A stretch of DNA of 63,045 bases, the filler included, from Lenisia limosa (taxonomy: Eukaryota > Protista > Breviatea), in NCBI GenBank assembly GCA_001655205.1. It is 10 parts of 10 records of this genome, joined end to end, with 100 filler letters (N's around TTAATTAATTAA, not from the genome) between each part and the next. Parts side by side here need not be neighbours in the genome. Positions count along the whole stretch, not along the records: positions 26,450 to 34,655 come from LPNZ01005436.1; positions 34,756 to 43,487 come from LPNZ01008135.1; 8 more parts are not named here. One strand, written 5' to 3'. This document shows positions 26,450-37,509 of the stretch, piece after piece. A model generated the notes under the pieces. The model was not told where the DNA came from and ran no database searches. It worked only from the letters and a program-made list of their open reading frames with translations. Made by a program: the position numbers and the translations under genes. Numbering within the stretch: the first letter of the stretch is position 1; each line of letters begins with the position of its first letter.

Positions 26450-27111
26450 GATAACAACAAAACAAACAAGAAGTGAAACCCTTCCCAGCAGCCCACCAAA
26501 GCTGATGTGAATATGAACCGCGAGAACCCTTCAGCAACAGGCGGAAATGTGGTCTCAGTTAAATGACTCGTGGGGGTCTGGGAAGGGAGGTAAATAGAAT
26601 AATTTTGAATAATTACAAGACAGAATCAAGCATTTGGGGAATAAGTATTAAGTGTTTCAAAAAAAACTCAAGTCAAGGAGGTGGGGGTGGGGTTAAACTG
26701 TTTTTGATTTGAAAAATGAGAGAGAACCCTGAGATAACACAAAACATTCAACAAAGCAAATAAAGGCCCGGTCGACACTTTTGCTGCAACGCATCTCATC
26801 ACTTCCGTCACAAAAGACAGCGTTTATAACAAGAAAAATGAAAAGAAAGTACAAATCAAAAAGATAATGGCTTATAAACTTGCGAGGGGTTAAAAAACGT
26901 AGGCAGGTATTAAGCGGGAGAACAAAAGGATAACTCCTTACCATGACAGCCGCATGCGTGGTAACAGGGATCGGCTAAGTTCGTAAAGTGGCATAAGTGA
27001 GGATAACGTAAAATTTATGAAATGAGGGATATTTTCAAACTATGAATGTGTAGAACTGTGCAAGTATGGTATGGTACTGATATTTATGTATATTACATAT
27101 GATATAGTATA

Positions 27112-27190
27112 CAGTGATCGGGATAAGTCTTGACCGATTTTCCTTGGGAAATCATACAGCACAATTGGTCTAGACTTATCCTGGTCACTG
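27112..27190. mobile_element. Tc1/mariner-type MITE (family D), CAGTG...CACTG termini
   Basis: TA|CAGTGATCGGGATAAGTCTTGACCGATTT...AATTGGTCTAGACTTATCCTGGTCACTG: ~29-bp inverted repeats; related copies at 33309-33498 and 39274-39360. Confidence 0.8.
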
Positions 27191-30100
27191 TTTAAGTGAC
27201 CAAAATGAGATCAGTTTGCTCTGGTACCCATGGAAACTCGACCAAGACTTATCTTGGTCACTATATGAACTGCTATTTGAATGGAATAAATTGGATTTCA
27301 GTTATTTAATTTAATATGAATTTTGCTTCAACAATATACCCATCACTCCCCCCTCAAACAAATAAGTCGTACAATGAATCCTAAACAAAAGTTAAATATA
27401 AACGAAGTAAAAACAAATAATATTATTAATACATATGTGACAAGTTTCCAAATTGTTTGAGGTTCATACTGCTTAAATAACTGCACAGCTTACCTGAATT
27501 ACTTTGATTGAAGCTTTGACCTCCTGCGAAGCGGTGAGTATGAATATCGATTGATTGGTCATTGAACAAATAAATTGACAATTGAACCGTATATGGAGTA
27601 AAAACGGGAAAATGTATGAAGCAAGTAAAATCCACAACTCTGGAGGCTGAATACACGCGGGATGGAAACAACAAAATAAACAAAGCCCCAGCCAGTCGCT
27701 TCTGCAATACCATATCCCATCACTTCAGCGTACCTGTGGAGGTTAGAAAAATATATCTGAGCACAATAACCAAAGCAGGTATACTTCAACCACCATTTTG
27801 TGCTACAGTGAACGAATCCACAAAGCAGCAAAATAAACATCCAAATCGAATAGGGTTGACAACTTGAATAGCCTCAAAAAGAGAGGTTTGGCTTGAATAG
27901 GATTATAAGAGATGAGAAATAAAAAATAATTATATCTTCCGAAGCCGTCAATACCATAATATACAACGACTGTGTAATAAAAGAACAAAAGCAGGAGAAA
28001 GGGGAAAAAATCAGTGTTTCACATCAAAATCCACTTTCAAATAGTTTGTTAGCTCTCATTAGTCTTCTTTGTTGGAAACCTTCCAATAGAAAAAAGAGTG
28101 TGTTGAGGCAAGAGTAAATATGCAACATTAGTTACTTTCCTTTAATATCACAATTTAGGAGTCAAAAAATGACATCGTGGAAGCAGGCCTCAGCCCAAAA
28201 TAATCCAAAAAATTCAAAGAATGAAAAAGTGGACACAATAATGTGACTGGCCACAACTATGTACCTTCACCTGTCACCTTTTTTTTTTTGACGTTTTTAC
28301 CTTGGTACGTATTATTAATATTTGGAGAGATCATACAGTGTATATATATATAATATATGATACTTCATTATTTTTCACTACTCTTACAATTTGCAGCAGT
28401 TAAAATTAGTTGTTCATGATTCGGTGGGAGTACGCAGAAGGCATCCTAAGCAGCATTCGACATTAAGGGAGTAGGCATTCTTCTCGACACATGGTGATTT
28501 AAGTAGTTTCCTCAAGTAGCTAGCTAACCGATTTATCTAAGTGTGTTCTTGAAGTCCTCCTGTTTTTGTCGTTCTCTGTGGGTGCTTTTTTTTTGTGTAG
28601 TCAACCGCTGGATCTCTATGATCCTAGTTTCAATAGAGACCATACTGCAAAAAATCCATAATTATGGCACAAAGTGATCTTGGTCGTTTCAATTAATAAT
28701 GACTTCCTTTCTTACAACCCAGCTCAATATGATTATCAGTGACCTTGAATGCGCTACGGTCATGTTGTGATCAAAGAATAACAAAACTCGAAAAGGTAAA
28801 ACAATAGAAAAAAAATAAAAACAAGCGAGTAGAGGAAGGCAGAAGAGAAAGGAGGGAAATGAAGGGACATTTTTAGTGATAGAAAGGAAACGAAGAATTA
28901 TGAATGCAGATAATGTAAGCATAGGCAGGCAGCTTATACGAATTTTTACTAATTTGGCCAAAACTTCACCAGAACACAGTATCATACCGAAATCGCAGCA
29001 TCAAGAGACTTCTACACAAGGTCAATGAATTATAAGATGAGAACACTATATGAATAGTATGCTACAACTTCCCGGTTTTCGAAACACAATAGATATCCAT
29101 ACCAATGGTGACAGTAACATGAAATTAATCTGATGGTAAAAACTATATTCTCCTTTTCCCATAAAAGAGCTCCTCACTTTATTGACCGCATGTTCTGGCA
29201 AAACGGCATCTTTCTCCAACCTGATCAATTAATTCGATAAGTTGTATGTTGGACTTCATTTCTGAAAAATATCGACAGTTTTCGAGGATTTGTCGAAACA
29301 TTTTTGAAAAGAAATGAAGTTGCGCGGAAAGTGGTTATTGGCTAATGATCAATTGAATATGGAAAATTTACTCCTGGCTTGCAACACACGTGTATAAAAA
29401 AAACAAAAAAACAAAGCCCAGGCCAGTCNNNNNNNNNNNNNNNNNNNNNNNNNNNNNNNNNNNNNNNNNNNNNNNNNNNNNNNNNNNNNNNNNNNNNNNN
29501 NNNNNNNNNNNNNNNNNNNNNNTCACGAACCGAATAATCTGAAATCAAAAATCAAAACAAGCAATCACAAACACGAGCAACCAACGCCAAAACTAGACAA
29601 AAGCCAGATATCAAAAACACAAAAACAAAAACAAGCCCGAGTCAGCCTTTGAAGAGTCTCCCACTACCGCATTTATGCCCAAATCAACTCTGTTGGCGAA
29701 CGACACACGAGTATTAATAACAACAAAAAAAAAGCCCAAGCCAGTTACTACTGCAGCACCGCATCCCATCACTCAAGGGTGGGTGGTGATGTCATATCAA
29801 TCTAATACTCTCACTCAGCCCTCCAACTTAAGAAATTCGGAAGATTCAACAGCCCCATCAGAAGAGAGTGTAAACGCACTGGAAGTCAAAAGCAGGAAGA
29901 TAGTAAATCATTAAAAAAACAGAATAGTGAATAGTGAAAAAAAAAAAAAAAAAAANNNNNNNNNNNNNNNNNNNNNNNNNNNNNNNNNNNNNNNNNNNNN
30001 NNNNNNNNNNNNNNNNNNNNNNNNNTAACTGTCAGACCCTACTGCCTACCTAACTGTGGCTAGCACTATCATGACATGGAAGAGCCAAGCGCAGATCATG

Positions 30101-30422
30101 TTGGAGCCCCTAGAATAGAGAAACATAACTTATAATGGGTTGTTGTTTGTTTTCTACTTCTCTACTTCTCTCTCCTATTAATTCTGTGGTTTTTGCAGGT
30201 TTTTGGGGGTTTTTTGCTGTTAACAATGGATCACGGAGATCTAAAATGAGCATTGCTTTTCGGGGGGGGGAAACAAAAAGGCAAAGAACGGCTCAACAAC
30301 GCACAATTGGCACAACACAACAACAAGCAAAATAAAAGAAGGGGCAGCACAGTCCAACCCCCCCTCCCCTGCCAGAACCTGACCTGAAGCCAGCACCACC
30401 TTTCCTCTGATTCTTCCTCAAA

Positions 30423-31787
30423 ATGGACCCCAATCAGGCTGATAGGGTTGGCTCGCTTACGATATGATGGATACTTCTAATAGTCAAATAGTTAAATACC
30501 TCCCAACCTTCCCCTAGTATTTTTTTTTGTTTTTTTGTTATCCTGTCTTTGAAAACATTGAGTATTTAGCTGTATTTTGCTCATTTTTTTATACGTTTTT
30601 TTTTGGCGGGCGAATACTTTTTTTGTTTGGCACCATATATAGTATGGTCCTATGGTGTTATTGGGTGCGGGCCATATGGACAATGTGTGTAACCTCCCAA
30701 TTTGTGCATTGACCACGATGCCGATGTCAATATCAAGGATAAGGTAGGGATGATATGCATGATCCTGGTTGACAAAAGCATACATGTGTACAATGTTTGT
30801 AAATATCATAAAAGCTCACCAAAACAATGAAGACATTTGTTCATGTATGTAAATGGTTTTTTTATTCTGATATCCCTTAATTTATGTATCTCAAGAGGTT
30901 TATATGGGCACATTCTTCTTGCTTTCAAAAAATTGAATGGTTTGAAAAGCTAGAATAGTCATAACTGAAATGATTTCATGTTTGTTTTCAGCCCCTCACT
31001 CCTCTCATTGGATTTACACGTTGAGATAAATATGACTCAGGTCAGCATATTTCAGGAATGTGCCTAGACTCTATGGCCTACTCCTCCAATTGCTTCTCAT
31101 TCCTTAGGACGGCTACACTGCTCTTCATAAGGCTGCTGAGGATGGGCATTCGGAATGTATACGAGCCTTGATTAAAAACGGCGCTGATTTAGAAGCTACA
31201 GCCGGACTTGTGGGTTGTCTGATGAGTGTTTCTCATATTTAGGGCTTCACTTCGGTTCGAAAAAACCGGTAAACTATCGATATGAACCGAAGTGAAGTCC
31301 TACTCATCAGTCAAAGTTTAACAGTCTATTTACCCCTTCACTATGCTGACAGTTGAACTGGACGCCCCTTCACTATGCTGCCAGCAGTGGACATACGGAC
31401 TGCTGTGGGTTTTTGATTGAAGCTGGAGCTGACCGGAACGCCNNNNNNNNNNNNNNNNNNNNNNNNNNNNNNNNNNNNNNNNNNNNNNNNNNNNNNNNNN
31501 NNNNNNNNNNNNNNNNNNNNNNNNNNNNNNNNNNNNNNNNNNNNNNNNNNNNNNNNNNNNNNNNNNNNNCGAGATCGATATTTTTATCAGGATTGATGTA
31601 GAATTCAGTTTGGAACTAAATGTGAAGCTCTAATAATGGATCTTTTACAAAAACTCGATATTGCTTGAAGCAAGTTGGTCAGTACCCCATTAACCGCCGA
31701 TAGTATGGAGATACACCCCTTGCGTGGGCAAATGAGAAGGGCCCGTCAGAAACCGCTGCGTATCTTCAGAGTATCGGCTGCCAATAG
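30423..31787 (+). CDS. Small ankyrin-repeat protein, possibly disrupted
   Basis: Exons DGYTALHKAAEDGHSECIRALIKNGADLEA, LNWTPLHYAASSGHTDCCGFLIEAGADRNA and YGDTPLAWANEKGPSETAAYLQSIGCQ*; one upstream repeat (GHMDNVCNL / IDHDADVNIKDK) appears frameshifted. Confidence 0.8.
31242..31300. mobile_element. MITE family A, internally deleted intronic copy
   Basis: GGGCTTCACTTCGGTTCGAAAA...GAACCGAAGTGAAGTCC with TA on both flanks. Confidence 0.85.
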
Positions 31788-32869
31788 TTTGAAGCGGTCT
31801 GGGGGGGTTGAACAAGGAACTCCCCACTTGCTGCAGCCTGTTGACCCTATCCTGTCGCTAGCATTACCTGTCGTCCCCCTGGCCCGTAAGCACCTGCAAA
31901 AATCTTCATCTTCTTTCATTGTAACAATTTTGGACTTTTGTTTTTTTCAAAATTGTCCAATTTTCCTCCCTTTGTGACCCATACAGTCGAAGAAACCCCT
32001 TTCCTCCCTTTGTGACCCCATACAGTCGAAGCCCCTTCACGAACTGCCTCCAGTGGCCGACCGTGATAACCCTGAAGGATCCGACAGAGTATGAACCTCT
32101 CAGCGTTCACCCTTCTTACAGCCACTGTGTTTTAGCATTCAGGCTTCATGCTCTGGCATGGCATATTCTCTACTCTTCTGTTACCTTTTTTGATAAATAT
32201 AACAGTTGCCTGCATGGGAAAGGCTTGAATGGCTTATAATTTCTGATGTGCTTTGCTCATGGTATTTCTATGAACATATTTTGGCACATGCTCATGTTGA
32301 ATTGCTACAATCCTAGCTGGCAATACTATAATTGTTGCAAGATATTGTTACTTGAGCCTTGTGAAGTAGCTTTTCGAAATAAGTAATATCCCAACCCAAA
32401 TTGCGATCTTGAAAATTGTTTTTACTGCTACACTATTCATTTTGCCTGAGTTCACAGAAATGATAGGTAGCAAACGTTGATCAGGTATTGTAAACCGGGT
32501 GAAGGGGTATCTTGTTAACACTCTCAGTTAGCATCCATTACAACACAAGATCTTACAGAACCGAGAGTGTAACGAGGAATAATAGGGCGATCCTCCCCGT
32601 CATCTTTGTTGACCTTCTCTCCTGATACAAATATATGGATCTTTTCGATCGGAAAAAGACTAGTCTCTCAGATCAAAGATCGGAACCAAAAACAGATTTG
32701 CTGAATTATTTTTGTCTTTTACTCATAAAACAACACAGCAAGCAAAATCTTATTTAGTAGAGTTATTTTTAGGATTCATCTTTTCAAGTTTAAGTTTGCT
32801 CTGCCCTGCTCTCTGTAATGTAATCCTGCTGCCTTCTTAGGGTGGATTTAGTCCTTTTTAAGACAACAA

Positions 32870-32981
32870 AGCTAAAGAAGAGTGGCTGGGGTTCCTCTCA
32901 CCTTTGGGATGTCAGCTACGCTCACCCCTCGTGATGTTGAGATGTTGGAGACAGCTGTGGACTCCCCGGCAGCCACTAAGG
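32870..32981 (+). pseudogene. Possible SF2/RecQ-like helicase motif III fragment
   Basis: VAGVPLTFGMSATLTPRDVEMLETAVDSPAATK followed by a GT donor; stop immediately upstream in frame; no other helicase motifs recognised. Confidence 0.3.
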
Positions 32982-33308
32982 TTTGAAGACTTCACTTTTG
33001 AAAGACTGTTTAATATCATATCCATTTTTGAAAGACTTTTGTGTCTGTGATGCAATTTGCCACCGCAATGCGTCACCAAATCTAATACAGCAATTTAACT
33101 GAAAAAACAAAAAAGGTTTCATGGTGTTCACATGTCGGATTTTTATCAGGTCCATTTAAATATTTCGACAATTTTGCCAAAATATGAAATATTGCCAGAT
33201 CCTCGAAAGAATTTCATATTATCTGGAATGCAAAAATGGACGTGTGGAATATTGTCGCTCGAATGGTGCTTATTAATATCATGTTTATAACATGGGGGAA
33301 ACGATGTA

Positions 33309-33498
33309 GAGTGACTGGATAAGTTTTGACCGATTTTCCCTGGGAAATCACATAGCAAATCGGTCAAAACTTATCCCGGTCAGTGTATACATAGCAAACC
33401 GGTCAAGACTTATCCTGGTCACTGTATATCATATATCAAATCGGTCAAGACTTATCCAGGTCACTGTATACATAGCAAATTGGTCAAGACTTCTCCCG
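33309..33498. mobile_element. Family D MITE followed by tandem reiterations of its right arm
   Basis: Full hairpin 33309-33385, then three further units of about 39 bp of type CATAGCAAATCGGTCAAGACTTATCCTGGTCACTGTA, the last truncated. Confidence 0.8.
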
Positions 33499-34001
33499 TT
33501 TATCGTTTATTGTAAGCATATTTCTGAAGATCACTAAGGTTGTTGCCATCTTTTTGATATACTATCGATTAACTAGCAGCGGTGACGTCATCTTTTAACT
33601 ACTTTTTACTAGAATTTAAAGAAGATGTTGGTCAGTATGATCATCACAACTTTTGCTCTTGCTTCCAAAGCAACTGCTTTTATAGTAGTAAATAAAAATC
33701 ACGCAGGTTATGCTAGGTTTTGGCTCTATTTGTGTTTTTTCGGAGCCAGTTTCTGGATTGGCACCCTGCTTTAAACGTGATATGCCTTCTATATCAGAAA
33801 GTTGTATGTACAGAGTTTTAAGGCAAATGATAGGGTGAACTGAATTAATAGTAGTATACATATAGTATATATATATATAAGAATTAAATATCTCTGCGTG
33901 ATGGTGTGGACGGCTTCGGTCAGATACAATGTTGTATTACTTCTCATATCTTTATTATCTCTATCATATTTGCACTTCCAAGCGCACGAACTCACAACCC
34001 A

Positions 34002-34410
34002 GGCCGTGTCTGGAGTAAATGCGGCCACCAACGGGCCAACCCCAGCACCCTCGGCTCCGCTTTCGGCTCCGTCCATCGATTCCGTGACCAAGGAAAAGAA
34101 GGGCAAGGTGCGTTGTAGGGACGGGGTACAATATTTATCTACAACTTTTGTTATCCATAGCTTTTGTTTTTTATCCATAGCTTTGTTCTTTATCAATAGC
34201 TTTCAAAATAATGGAGAAACGAAATCTTTCATTCTGTAAATGTGCATATCATTGACTCTGGCTTACCATATCAAGGGATTCTGGCTTACCATATTAGGGA
34301 TGCTGACTTACCATTATTAGGGATTCAATCTCTTTGCGAGCCGAAGGCGTCTGACAGCAGAGCCCGTAGCTCCCACACGACTGAACACGGAAATGCTGAC
34401 CCTTCCTATG
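34002..34410 (+). CDS. Two exons of an unidentified protein (fragment)
   Basis: AVSGVNAATNGPTPAPSAPLSAPSIDSVTKEKKGK|GT ... AG|GFNLFASRRRLTAEPVAPTRLNTEMLTLPMDDT|GTAAG; phases compatible. Confidence 0.5.
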
Positions 34411-34785
34411 GACGACACAGGTAAGAGATAGGATGTTATCGCCGCACTAGGGCTCACTTCGGTTCGAACAAAGACTGAATTGTCGATATAACCTCGAAAA
34501 CTATTGATATTTAGCCGGACTCTTTCAGCTACCTCGCACTAAATTTTCTATTGTTATTCCCAACTCCCCCGATGAATTAATATTTATCGTACTATAATCA
34601 TTATAACCATTATAAACGTGATGATGTGGATGGCTTCGGCCTGATACTCTTATTCNNNNNNNNNNNNNNNNNNNNNNNNNNNNNNNNNNNNNNNNNNNNT
34701 TAATTAATTAANNNNNNNNNNNNNNNNNNNNNNNNNNNNNNNNNNNNNNNNNNNNAGTACCGCCCCCCCCCCCTCACGTTTGCAG

Positions 34786-36840
34786 TACCAAGAATACGAG
34801 CGCGCCTCACGTGCATGTGGACGCGAAGTGGCGTCACGTGACGATACTGACGCCTCTCTTCACTGCATTGTTAACCCCTGTAATCCCACCGGCGATTATT
34901 GGACCCGTGATGAAATGTTCGATTATGTCAAAAACGTGCAAGACGGGTAGGATGGGTTTTGGTGAAGGTGATTACCCCCCCTCCCCATCATCTTTGTATT
35001 CTTTCCTTTCAAACCTGTGTCCAAATTTTTCAACAGTTGTTTTTTAAATGTTCCATCTTCACCCCCCCCCCCCNNNNNNNNNNNNNNNNNNNNNNNNNNN
35101 NNNNNNNNNNNNNNNNNNNNNNNNNNNNNNNNNNNNNNNNNNNNNNNNNNNNNNNNNNNNGATTGGAAGGAACAGAGCCTCATTTCGGCACGGCAATTCG
35201 TCAAAGACATCAGGTATGAAGACCCTCTTGGACAAGGAGAGTTACAAATAAATGTCTCATATCCTCTCAGTTAATCATACTAATAACTTCAACAGTTTCA
35301 TAACAGTTTTACCGTCCTTCCAAGGCTAACTAGCTAAATGTTGTATCAATTTGCCATTTTATCCCTTTTCTGACTTTCCCTAGAGCCAGTCGTGGCATTA
35401 AAGTCTACGTCATTATCTCTTGGACAAAGGTGGGGGGGTATTGCTGTGCTATGGGGAAGAATACGCCGACAAGGCTTCGGCCAGATATTACTACGTATTG
35501 CCTTTGTGACACCCTAGATTTGGGCATGCCCCGGTATCAGAATCGGTTCCATTCTCTGCCCCTCCCATGAGGACTACCTCCTTCTCAAGGCCACGCAGGT
35601 TGGGGCTGTTGTGTGTTTCGTTTCAGACGGTTGTTCTTTATTAATTTTCAATAAAATGATCATCTGTGACAATTTCCCCCTTTTAGACAATCTTACCCCT
35701 CTCCCAGGTGCCTTGGTCCGTTAACACCCCCTCACTGGCCTTTGTGGCAGAAGTTGTGAAGGACAGAGCCTACTTGGAGGAAACTTGGAAGTCGTGCCCT
35801 CAGGTATGTAGGTTTAATGACTATCTAAAATTCCTTTTTCGTCTATCATTTTCAGCACATGATTCCTCATATCCACCCGTGTGATAATCAGCCAAATTAT
35901 CATAATGACCACTACTTACCAGTAGCATTACCTCGCATTCTGCCATATCATATATATGTCGATATAGACTGTGCTCCTTGAGCTTTACTACAAAAGAGAT
36001 TACAGGCCACGGCTTGAATCTTGTTTTGAGACCTGCTTTAACCCATACAGTGGCGCAAGGAGTTTGTGACTGACCTTGCTTCAATCAAGCCGAAGTGGAA
36101 GGTTTGTACAATGGGATATTTATTCGTTTTCAATCTGCTATTAGCTCTTATATTTCACATCACTTAACAAACATTTTCTTTTGTCATATTTTACCTGATT
36201 TTTTTTTTTTTTTTTTTTTTTTTNNNNNNNNNNNNNNNNNNNNNNNNNNNNNNNNNNNNNNNNNNNNNNNNNNNNNNNNNNNNNNNNNNNNNNNNNNNNN
36301 NNNNNNNNNNNNNNNNNNCCTCCTCACGCTCCCAGATCCATGGAGCTCCCTTCACCTCATGGGTGTGGGTGGAGACGACATCAGAGACTGAGGCTGAAGA
36401 ATGCGTGGCTAAATGCCAGGTATGCTACTATTGTCCAAATAAAAGCCAACCGATTTAATTCAGTGTTTTTCTTGTGACATAAAAATTCCATTTTATTCCC
36501 CCCTCATCCCTTTCAGACTGCTGGTGTTCCCATTCGATTCGGGAAACACGGGTACAAGCTGCCTTGCCATATCCGTTTCAAGGTGGGGACTATTGAGGAT
36601 GGACTGGGGGAACTTTGTTGATTAATGCTGTTTTACATGCGGNNNNNNNNNNNNNNNNNNNNNNNNNNNNNNNNNNNNNNNNNNNNNNNNNNNNNNNNNN
36701 NNNNNNNNNNNNNNNNNNNNNNNNNNNNNNNNNNNNNNNNNNNNNNNNNNNNNNNNNNNCCCTGTATCACCCCCACCTCCCAGGTGTGTCCGCGTTCAAA
36801 GTTCAGTCACGTGATTGAGGCGCTCAAAACGGTCAATTGA
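34786..36840 (+). CDS. Class I/II PLP-dependent aminotransferase, HisC/CobD-like (5'-truncated; not in the ORF track)
   Basis: Spliced YQEYERAS..CIVNPCNPTGDY..VYVIISWTKIWACPGIRIGS..QVPWSVNTPSLAFVAEVVKDRAYLEETW..GVPIRFGKHGYKLPCHIRFKV..IEALKTVN*: NPxNPTG motif, SxTK Schiff-base lysine, GxRxG and PWSVN. Confidence 0.88.
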
Positions 36841-37509
36841 GTCGCTGCTGCAATGTTGTACATTATGTTCTAATTTCACGATTTTGTTTCCTTTTCCTAG
36901 TCCTATGTGAGTTCTATCCAAGCGTTCCAATGTATTTATTTAAAATAGACTTCAACCAGATTGTTGTGAGGTGTGTACCTTTTGGGTGAATCTTCAAACC
37001 TTCAAACGCTCAAGAATTTCCTCCTAAGATGGTTCAGTCTAATTCTAGTCAAATTCTGATTTGTCTCTCAACGTATAGGATTCCATAATCTTCTATCAAT
37101 ACCTGCAACCAATCACACAACTTCCGCAATCAAATGGCAGCATGCGGCCCGGGGCGGCTTTTTTCATAATTTTAAAACAATTTATCAGTATTTTATTATT
37201 ATTATTATTCGAAAAGTAGAAATCAGAACAAAGAAGGTAGGAAGAGGTTGTTTAGAAGAAGCGCTCTAGTTGGTGCGTGTTGGTATGATATGATATGGAG
37301 GAATCCACTTGTGATATGGGTCAGTATCGTCTTGCCAGTCAATTATAATACGAGCGGATATGAGGTATCATATCACTGCTTGGAAATGATAGTTCACATT
37401 TGTGAAAATGATCCAAGTAAAATATCACTTCAATCAGTGTATTTATTGTTCAAATACAACCAGAGTATAATGATTTGTAACTCAGGATTGACCACGTAGC
37501 AGGCTGACT

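Noticed and set aside
33309-33498. CRISPR-like appearance of regularly spaced ~30-bp repeats (also 42419-42563)
   Set aside because: No unique spacers, eukaryotic context, no cas genes; explained as MITE-arm and minisatellite tandems.
33500-33790. Second PLE thumb remnant upstream of the 33795 family B copy (TFALASKATAFIVVNKNHAGY)
   Set aside because: Only a vague resemblance to the 9200-9260 translation; cannot be supported without an alignment.
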